Shown here: piece by piece, positions 16,488-22,896 of the stretch
How positions within the stretch are numbered: the stretch's first letter is position 1
How the letters are laid out: each line of letters starts with the position of its first letter
NCBI RefSeq assembly: GCF_019464535.1
Contig: NZ_CP080507.1
Coordinates: 3,810,001 to 3,842,000, forward strand
DNA from: Horticoccus luteus
Lineage (GTDB): Bacteria > Verrucomicrobiota > Verrucomicrobiia > Opitutales > Opitutaceae
Direction of reading: 5' to 3'
Length of the DNA: 32,000 nt
Program-made: the position numbers and the translations under genes
The notes under the pieces: model-generated
Seen by the model: only the letters and a program-made list of their open reading frames with translations
What the model was told of the DNA's origin: nothing
Database searches by the model: none

Positions 16488-17339
16488 TCACCCGCCGTGC
16501 GCCCGGCGGCGAAACTCCGACGGACTCATGCCCATCACCTGCTTGAACGCTTTCGAAAAGTGAAACACATCGCAAAACTCCAGCTCTTCCGCGAGCGCCT
16601 TGAACCCGTGGCTGCCGTGGTAAATCGCCGCGCCCGCCCGGTCGATTTTCCGACGCTTTTGAAACTGCCCCGGTGACTGTCCCACGCGCGCGGTGAACTG
16701 CTTGCGGAAGTTGTCGTAACTCAAACCCACGGCCGCCGCGACTTCCTGCGGCGTCGCCCAACGGCGCGCCCCCGGACTCCCCAGCAAACGCTGGCTCGCC
16801 TCCAGCCAAGTTGCGGTCGCCGGTCCCTCCGTCGCCTCGACCCGCGCCGCCAGCGCATCGCTCAGCAACGCCGAAAATCGGCCCACCGCCCGCAACGCCG
16901 CCGCCGGCGTATGGCCTTCCTCCGGCGCCACGATTTCCGCCATTCGCCGCCCCCAGTAATCCACCGGCTCCAACCGCCACACCGGCGGCGCCGCCGCGAG
17001 CAACCCCTGCGCCCGCCACAAATCGAACTGCGGCCCGTTGAACACGAAATAGATTTGCTGCCATGACTGTCCCTCCTTCGGCCCGTAAGCGTGCGCCAGC
17101 TCCGGCATGATCAGCACCAAATCTCCGCCGCTCAGATCGCACGCATAACCGTTTGCATCGCGGTAGTAGCCGTCCACCTCCAGCAGGTAAACGAGCGCGT
17201 AGCTTCCCAAAACTCGCATCGTCTTGGGATCCAGCCCGCGCGCGTCCCGCGCCACACCCGCCAACTGCAGCTCGCCTATGCTCGTCCGAAGCGGCGCTTC
17301 CAGCCATGCTTGGCCCAGCGTGGGAGATGTTTCCGGCAT
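16488..17339 (-). CDS. AraC/XylS family transcriptional regulator with N-terminal cupin-like sensor domain
   Basis: The C-terminal HTH pair is ...ATPQEVAAAVGLSYDNFRKQFTARVGQSPGQFQKRRKIDRAGAAIYHGSHGFKALAEELEFCDVFHFSKAFKQVMGMSPSEFRR. The N-terminus (...YALVYLLEVDGYYRDANGYACDLSGGDLVLIMPELAHAYGP...) is an AraC-type ligand-binding barrel. I chose the ATG at 17339 (MPETSP...); a TTG at 17348 is the alternative. Confidence 0.85.
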   Translation of the reverse strand: MPETSPTLGQAWLEAPLRTSIGELQLAGVARDARGLDPKTMRVLGSYALVYLLEVDGYYRDANGYACDLSGGDLVLIMPELAHAYGPKEGQSWQQIYFVFNGPQFDLWRAQGLLAAAPPVWRLEPVDYWGRRMAEIVAPEEGHTPAAALRAVGRFSALLSDALAARVEATEGPATATWLEASQRLLGSPGARRWATPQEVAAAVGLSYDNFRKQFTARVGQSPGQFQKRRKIDRAGAAIYHGSHGFKALAEELEFCDVFHFSKAFKQVMGMSPSEFRRRAHGG

Positions 17340-17488
17340 CGCGCCCAAAATTTACATGCCAAATCACATTTCAACCATTTTTTCTCCAGCCTTCTGCCTG
17401 TATGTTGGAGCCGGTTATTTGTTGTTTCTGCGGGCGGTTGCGACGGTTCCGCGTCGGGCCGCCCGCTTGTTCTCCCCTCTTCAAAATC

Positions 17489-18409
17489 ATGAGCACTGCC
17501 ACCCTCCCCCAAATCTATTCCTACGGCCACGCGCTCGACATGAGCGACGACAAGTTCGGCCTCCTGCGCGACTCCTCCGATGCCGCCACCGACTTCTTGG
17601 AACTCCGCCGGCGGTTTGCCGAAGACGGCTACCTTTACATGAAGGGCTATCTCGACCGCGCCGAAGTGCTCGAAGCCCGCGCCAGCTTGACGGCGCGCCT
17701 CGCGGAAGCCGGCGTCCTCGATGAAAATTATCCCGCCATCGAAGGCGTCGCGAAGAAAGACGCCGGTTACGTTTTCAAACCCGAAATCACCAACGGCAAC
17801 GAGGCCGTGCAACGCCTCCTCTATTCCGGTCGCCTGCTCGATTTTTATCGCCAGTTCTACGGCGAAGACGTCCGCCACTACGATTACACGTGGCTGCGCG
17901 CCATCTCGCCCGGCAAGGGGACCAATCCCCATTGCGATCTCCCTTACATGGGCCGCGGCACGCACAAGCACATGACGTGCTGGGTGCCCTACGGCGATGT
18001 CTCGTTCGACCTCGGTGGCCTCATGGTGCTCGAAGGTTCCCAGAAGCGCATGGACCTGTTGGAGAACTACGTTTACCGCGACGTCGACGCCTACTGCGAA
18101 AACAAGCCCAAGGAAGTGGCCAAAGCGAAGACCGGCGCGTGGTCGTTCACAGGCACGCTGTCCCACAACCCGCCCGCCGTGCGCAACAAGTTCGGCGGCC
18201 GCTGGCTTTCGACTGAATATCAGGCCGGCGACTTCATCACCTTCGGCATGTTCCTCGTGCACGCCTCCCTCGACAACCGCACGGAAAACCGTCTGCGCAT
18301 CTCGAGCGACAGTCGTTTCCAACGCGCCTCGGAGCCCGTCGATGAACGCTGGGTCGGCGCCAACCCGCCCGCCCACGGCGTATCCGGTAAACGCGGTCTG
18401 ATCTGCTGA
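17489..18409 (+). CDS. phytanoyl-CoA dioxygenase (PhyH) family Fe(II)/2-oxoglutarate-dependent oxygenase (306 aa)
   Basis: An ATG at 17489 gives MSTATLPQIY.... The N-terminal region ...ELRRRFAEDGYLYMKGYLDRAEV... has the PhyH pattern. The HxD motif is in GTNPHCDLPYMG, the distal His in FGMFLVHASLDN, and the Arg in LRISSDSRF. The upstream part of listed ORF 17153..18409 overlaps the AraC gene and is rejected. Confidence 0.8.
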   Translation: MSTATLPQIYSYGHALDMSDDKFGLLRDSSDAATDFLELRRRFAEDGYLYMKGYLDRAEVLEARASLTARLAEAGVLDENYPAIEGVAKKDAGYVFKPEITNGNEAVQRLLYSGRLLDFYRQFYGEDVRHYDYTWLRAISPGKGTNPHCDLPYMGRGTHKHMTCWVPYGDVSFDLGGLMVLEGSQKRMDLLENYVYRDVDAYCENKPKEVAKAKTGAWSFTGTLSHNPPAVRNKFGGRWLSTEYQAGDFITFGMFLVHASLDNRTENRLRISSDSRFQRASEPVDERWVGANPPAHGVSGKRGLIC

Positions 18410-18415
18410 CGCCGT

Positions 18416-18435
18416 CGCGCCGCGCGCGCTTTTTT
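18416..18435 (+). terminator. weak terminator candidate directly after the PhyH gene
   Basis: An alternating GC run (cgcg...cgcg, 18416-18429) capable of only a short 4-bp stem is followed by T6 (18430-18435), 7 nt after the stop. Confidence 0.3.
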
Positions 18436-18489
18436 CTCTCGTTGCGTCGGCGAAATGGCGCTCACTCCGCTTCTCCCTCCTTCATGCAG

Positions 18490-18516
18490 GCGGGGTGCCC
18501 TCACCCCGCATTTTTT
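18490..18516 (+). terminator. strong Rho-independent terminator
   Basis: gcggggtg (18490-97), loop ccct, caccccgc (18502-09), then a and TTTTTT (18511-16). This is a perfect 8-bp GC-rich stem with a tetraloop and U-tract, oriented for plus-strand transcripts. Confidence 0.7.
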
Positions 18517-18617
18517 AGCCCCCCATCATCGTAAGAGCACTCCTCTGGCCGTCTCGCCATCGCGCCGCCGCGCCCACCGCCACGCTCTCGCCGCCAATCC
18601 TCCCTTCTTCGCCGCCC

Positions 18618-19952
18618 ATGTCTGCCACCGCTTCCTCGCCCGCCACCTCGGCCTCGACGCCCTCCTCCAGCCGCATGGCGGCGGTCAACGAAATGACGCG
18701 GCTTCTGCGGCTGCTCTTCGAGGTGGAGCGGGAATTTCTGCGCACCGTCACCACGCTCATTTATCGCGTCGGCGAGCCGGAGCTGAAATATCTCATTTGT
18801 CAGCACGCATGGGAAAGCGCCGGACATGCCCGCTTCCTCCGTGAACGCGGACGCGAACTCACTGGCTTTGGCACGTCCGAAAACGTGCGCGATTCCATCC
18901 GCCGCGTCTTCGTCGAAGCCGTCGGCTCCGCGTCCTCGGATGCCCTCGTCTTGACGGCGGGCTTTTATGGCGTCCTCAAGCCCGCGTTGCTCGCCGCGTA
19001 TCGCCACTATCTCAAAGTCACCGATCACCTCGCTGACTGGCCCTCGAAAAAACTCGTCGAAGAATTCATCGGCGACGAAGAACGCCACCTCGCCGAAATC
19101 GCGCCGTTTATCACCGGCATCGAGGCGCGCGCGTGGACCCTCCATCTCACCCAGGCGCTCGACGATCTGGGCGGTTGGCTGGGCCAGGAAACGCGTCTGC
19201 CGCTCCCCGCCGGTTTCGTCTGGCAGCAGGAGAAGACGCCCTACGCGCATCCCCTCACCTGCAACCGCGGCAAGTATCCCGTGTGCTCCAGCATCTTCGG
19301 CTTTGATCCGACCGAGGATCCGATCGTCCGCCCCTGGCTTACCGATCCGAAGACCGATGCCCGCGTCATCCGCCTGATGGTTTACGTTTGGCTGATGATG
19401 GAAATGGATGCCATCGACTACCTCGCCACCGTCTTCATCGAAACGCTATCCGCGCCCTTCGATCTGCACCACGACCTCGCGCGCCACCTCTGGGATGAAT
19501 CGCGCCATAGCCAGTTCGGTTTCCGGCAACTGCCCAAACTCGGCGTCGACCTGATGACCGTGGAGCAGTCGCTGGAACTCTATAATATTCTCATCCACAT
19601 GCCGCCGCATGAGCGCTACGCAATGATGACGATGGAGTTCGAAGCCGGCAGTTTTCCGACGAAGGCCGCCGTGATGGACCGCGTGCGCGAGCTCAACGAT
19701 TTCGAAGCCGACACGCTCCTCGCCTTCGATCGCAACGACGAACAGAACCACGTCCGCTACGGCCACCGGTGGCTGCCGGAGATGATGGCCCTGTTTGGCG
19801 AAACGCGTCCCGTCGCGGAATTTGTCAAAGCCACGCAGGAGAAATTCCGCGAGCTCACGAAAGCGCACGGCAACAAAACACCGCACTCGCTCCCGAAAGA
19901 AAAGCGGCTCACCGGCGAAAAGATCCTCCGCCTCGCCGGCGTCAGCGCGTGA
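18618..19952 (+). CDS. tandem ferritin-like (four-helix-bundle diiron carboxylate) domain protein, function unknown (444 aa)
   Basis: The C-terminal half carries a full E...ExxH...E...ExxH set: LMMEMDAIDYL, HLWDESRHSQFGF, MTMEFEAGSF, DRNDEQNHVRYGHRW. The N-terminal half has a partial set (FEVEREF, AWESAGH, GDEERHLAEI). The first 19 codons (SATASSPATSASTPSSS) are low complexity, so the true start may be the ATG at 18675 (MAAVNEMTRLL...). Confidence 0.75.
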   Translation: MSATASSPATSASTPSSSRMAAVNEMTRLLRLLFEVEREFLRTVTTLIYRVGEPELKYLICQHAWESAGHARFLRERGRELTGFGTSENVRDSIRRVFVEAVGSASSDALVLTAGFYGVLKPALLAAYRHYLKVTDHLADWPSKKLVEEFIGDEERHLAEIAPFITGIEARAWTLHLTQALDDLGGWLGQETRLPLPAGFVWQQEKTPYAHPLTCNRGKYPVCSSIFGFDPTEDPIVRPWLTDPKTDARVIRLMVYVWLMMEMDAIDYLATVFIETLSAPFDLHHDLARHLWDESRHSQFGFRQLPKLGVDLMTVEQSLELYNILIHMPPHERYAMMTMEFEAGSFPTKAAVMDRVRELNDFEADTLLAFDRNDEQNHVRYGHRWLPEMMALFGETRPVAEFVKATQEKFRELTKAHGNKTPHSLPKEKRLTGEKILRLAGVSA

Positions 19953-20037
19953 GCGCCGTCGCGGCGCGCGCAAGGCGTGCCCCAACTCTTCACCGCGGGA
20001 TGATCCGCATCACCGCCGATTCCGCCGGCACTCCGGG

Positions 20038-20712
20038 CTACGCGCGAGCGCGGCGCCGCCACACGGCGAAACCGAGTATCGCGGCCCCCGCCATCATCGC
20101 ATAGGTCGAGGGCTCAGGGATCGCCGAGGCGCCGCTGCCGAGGTTTTGGTAATAGGTATTGTTACCGTCCGCGATGAAGGTGTTATAGTAACCATCGGCC
20201 GGCAGTGCACCCATATAGCCGGCGGACGTGGTCGGCGACCCATCATACCGCAGAGATCCCGCGCTCAATGTGAAGACGTCGCCCGCGGTCAAAAGCGTAT
20301 TAGCCGTATCCGTGGTGGCGTAGAACACCACATCGTCGGGGTGCACCGTGTTAAAATTAAAGTTCGACGCGAAAAAAGTATTGATCGTTTGAGTGCCGTC
20401 GCTGCTTCCGGCCCCCGTGCTCGTGTAGGTCGGTGCTACGCCTCCCACCGCTCCTTGCGTGCTGAAAATAGCCGAGCTCGTGGTGACCGATTGAAACACA
20501 AAAGTGGGATTTACGGCGCCGATGCCCGTGCTCCCAGTGAGCGTGTAAACAATAGGCGAAGACCAGGAAATCTTCACCTCCGATCCGTGGCCGCCCGTAA
20601 ATGTCAGATATACTCCCTGCGCCCGCGTTGTAGCGGCGAGTGTGAACGCGATCAGAGCGACGAGCGAGGCGGCGGCCTTGCGACTGCACGGGACGAGAGC
20701 GATCATTTTCAT
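20038..20712 (-). CDS. PEP-CTERM sorting-domain surface protein (224 aa)
   Basis: An ATG (cat 20710-20712) gives MKMIALVPCSRKAAASLVALIAFTLAATTRAQG (signal peptide). The C-terminus ...AIPEPSTYAMMAGAAILGFAVWRRRARA is a textbook PEP-CTERM motif, TM helix and Arg cluster. The Thr/Ser/Gly/Asn-rich body has no recognisable domain. Confidence 0.85.
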   Translation of the reverse strand: MKMIALVPCSRKAAASLVALIAFTLAATTRAQGVYLTFTGGHGSEVKISWSSPIVYTLTGSTGIGAVNPTFVFQSVTTSSAIFSTQGAVGGVAPTYTSTGAGSSDGTQTINTFFASNFNFNTVHPDDVVFYATTDTANTLLTAGDVFTLSAGSLRYDGSPTTSAGYMGALPADGYYNTFIADGNNTYYQNLGSGASAIPEPSTYAMMAGAAILGFAVWRRRARA

Positions 20713-20938
20713 AGTGCTGGCTGTTTTCTCCGATTCACCGGGACCATTAACGAGTGGTTGATAATGCAAATAACAGAGGAATGAATCCTCGGAGGTGATT
20801 TCACGGTATTTTATTCCCCGCTTCCGCTACCGGAAATCGCCCGTCTGAAGATGTTGCGTTTACGACTGAGTCGAAGACTCGGCGGAAATCACTGACCCTT
20901 CGTCCGCCGCAATAGTGCAAGCCGGACATCGGCCGGAC

Positions 20939-21931
20939 TCACGACGCACCACCGGAGGACATACGGCGACGCCGCCAGCAAGCCAGCCCGAGCGCCGCCA
21001 ATCCCGCCACAGCCGCATAGGTCGCGGGCTCCGGCACGGCGCTCATTGGACCCACCGCGATGCCATAAGGCGAACTGAGGCCGGTGATGGTGGTGAAGCC
21101 CGCGAGTGGAGCGCCGGTCAAAGCATCGAAGCCCTTCACCGTGCCATCGTTGCCTGAGACGAACAAATCAGTTCCATATACCATGATACCCTGGGGTCCA
21201 GTCAGTCCCGAGACCAACGGGCTTCCTGCGGCCGTTCCATCGGTAGCATTGAATGTCCAGATCGTCCCGTCACCCCCGTTCGCCACGTAGAGAGTGTTCC
21301 CCGACACGGCCAAGCCATGGGGAAGATTTAAATTCGCGGTGATCGTCAATGTCGGAGTGTTGCTGAAGGAGCTGATGCTATAGGCTAAAATTTTATTCAT
21401 ACCGGTGCCTGTGGTCGCCTGCGATACGAAGAGCGTATCGCCCGACACGGCCAGACCATACGGATTGGTCGTCCCCGCCGACACGTTCGCGAGCTGATTC
21501 CCGCTCAGGTCATATTTGAAAACATTGCCGCTGTTGAAGTCCGTGATAAACATATTGCTGGCCGTCACCGCGACGCCCCACGGATTGTTGAGTCCAGTCA
21601 TCCCGCCTCCTAAAACGGCCGTAGTGCTGGCGGTCACCCCGCCGGCACCATCAAGTGTGTAGGCGCCGATCGATTTTTCGCTCGCGCCGGACTTGGCGAC
21701 ATAAAGGGTCGATCCCGAGAGGGCGAGCCCCTCGAAGTAAGTGGGCGCGGATCCCGACAGATTCACGAGGGATGAGTTGATGAGTGTGCCATCAATATTG
21801 TAGCTGCTGACGCCATTCGCGCCATTCGGGTCGGCCACAAAGATCGTTTGGGCGCGCAATGCCGCCGGGAGGAGCGCGAATAGCGGCAGGACGGATGCTA
21901 ACAACCAGGAACGGACGGAAACTGTGTTCAT
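20939..21931 (-). CDS. PEP-CTERM sorting-domain protein with six-bladed NHL/YncE-like beta-propeller (330 aa)
   Basis: The signal peptide is MNTVSVRSWLLASVLPLFALLPAALRAQ. Six blade repeats fit the pattern P.G[LI]AV.G.TL[YF]V (FEGLALSGSTLYVA, PWGVAVTASNMFIT, PYGLAVSGDTLFVS, PHGLAVSGNTLYVA, PQGIMVYGTDLFVS, PYGIAVGP). The C-terminus is VPEPATYAAVAGLAALGLACWRRRR. Confidence 0.85.
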   Translation of the reverse strand: MNTVSVRSWLLASVLPLFALLPAALRAQTIFVADPNGANGVSSYNIDGTLINSSLVNLSGSAPTYFEGLALSGSTLYVAKSGASEKSIGAYTLDGAGGVTASTTAVLGGGMTGLNNPWGVAVTASNMFITDFNSGNVFKYDLSGNQLANVSAGTTNPYGLAVSGDTLFVSQATTGTGMNKILAYSISSFSNTPTLTITANLNLPHGLAVSGNTLYVANGGDGTIWTFNATDGTAAGSPLVSGLTGPQGIMVYGTDLFVSGNDGTVKGFDALTGAPLAGFTTITGLSSPYGIAVGPMSAVPEPATYAAVAGLAALGLACWRRRRMSSGGAS

Positions 21932-22087
21932 AGAGATGAGGCGGGGTTATATGATGTAGGGGTTGGAGGCACTGTCGTCGCCAAACGACCGCGAGGGGCT
22001 GGACCGAGCTAATCCCGGATCTGGCCCACCCGCCGCGTCATGCGGTCCGTGTTATTGCCAACCAACGGCGAGTCCATCCGGCGGGGA

Positions 22088-22118
22088 CGAATCGCGGTGC
22101 CCGTGTGGCGAATCGCGG
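22088..22118. promoter_or_regulatory. candidate LytTR response-regulator binding site: perfect 10-bp direct repeat CGAATCGCGG x2 with an 11-bp spacer (21-bp phasing)
   Basis: CGAATCGCGG occurs at 22088-22097 and again at 22109-22118. The site is 19-49 nt beyond the stop of the LytTR regulator gene and 157-187 nt upstream of the ATG of the PEP-CTERM propeller gene on the same strand. The function is inference. Confidence 0.4.
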
Positions 22119-22136
22119 GGCTCGGCCACTGGCAGC

Positions 22137-22889
22137 CTAGGGCTGCAGCCGCAGTGCGCCCAAACGTTCGCGCAACTCGCTCCAGCGATCGCGGCTGGCC
22201 GGAACCGGCTCCCGCGCCCCGGCGACATGGAGCAACGTATGCTCGTCACCGTCCCGCTCATAACGCGTCACCTGCGCGAGGTTGACGATCTGGGTGCGGT
22301 GCACGCGCATGAAATGCGAACCGGGCAGGATGTCCTCCCACGCCTTCAGGCTCTTCCGCAAAAAGACTTTCGCCCCATCCACGAGTTGCACTTCGGAATA
22401 ATTGGCGCGCGCGCCGATCAGGCTGATCTGCGCCACCGGCGCAAAGCGCGCGCGCAGGCCCGCCCGCAGATACACGGTGTCGTCGATCGTGAGCGCACGG
22501 CGGGGCATCTCTTCGGTCGCCGCATCGTCGGCCGCGGGCGTCAGCGCTTCAAGCCGCCGCAATGTTTCCGCCAGCCGCGCGGGCGCGATCGGCTTCAAGA
22601 GGTAGTCGAGCGCATTGATCTCAAACGCACGCAACGCATAGGCGTCATGGGCGGTGGTGAATACAATCCTCGCGCCCGCCCGCACGAGCGGCACCAACGC
22701 GAAGGAGTTTCCGCCCACCAATTGGATGTCGAGAAACACGAGGTCGTAGTCCGGGCGCGCCAGCAATTCCCCTGCGGTCCGCAACGTCCCTGCCTCGGCC
22801 ACCACGACCACCTCCGGATGGGCCGCCAGCCGCGTCCGCAGATCCGCGCGCGCGGCGGCTTCGTCTTCGATGAGGAGCGCTCGGGGCAT
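22137..22889 (-). CDS. LytTR-family two-component response regulator (REC + LytTR DNA-binding domain)
   Basis: An ATG (cat 22887-22889) gives MPRALLIEDEAAARADLRTRL...PDYDLVFLDIQLVGGNSF...VFTTAHDAYALRAFEINALDYLLKP (receiver domain). This is followed by ...LRKSLKAWEDILPGSHFMRVHRTQIVNLAQV... (LytTR). Confidence 0.9.
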   Translation of the reverse strand: MPRALLIEDEAAARADLRTRLAAHPEVVVVAEAGTLRTAGELLARPDYDLVFLDIQLVGGNSFALVPLVRAGARIVFTTAHDAYALRAFEINALDYLLKPIAPARLAETLRRLEALTPAADDAATEEMPRRALTIDDTVYLRAGLRARFAPVAQISLIGARANYSEVQLVDGAKVFLRKSLKAWEDILPGSHFMRVHRTQIVNLAQVTRYERDGDEHTLLHVAGAREPVPASRDRWSELRERLGALRLQP

Positions 22890-22896
22890 CGCCAAT

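Noticed and set aside
19953-19967. GC hairpin gcgccg-tcg-cggcgc immediately after the ferritin-like gene stop, considered as a terminator.
   Set aside because: It has a 6-bp stem with a 3-nt loop and no U-tract on either strand, so the evidence is too weak to call. The convergent gap (19953-20037) otherwise shows no clear terminator.
21946-21951. TATAAC (minus strand) as a -10 box for the PEP-CTERM propeller gene.
   Set aside because: It lies only 15-20 nt upstream of the ATG, with no convincing -35. It would imply a nearly leaderless mRNA, which cannot be supported from sequence alone.
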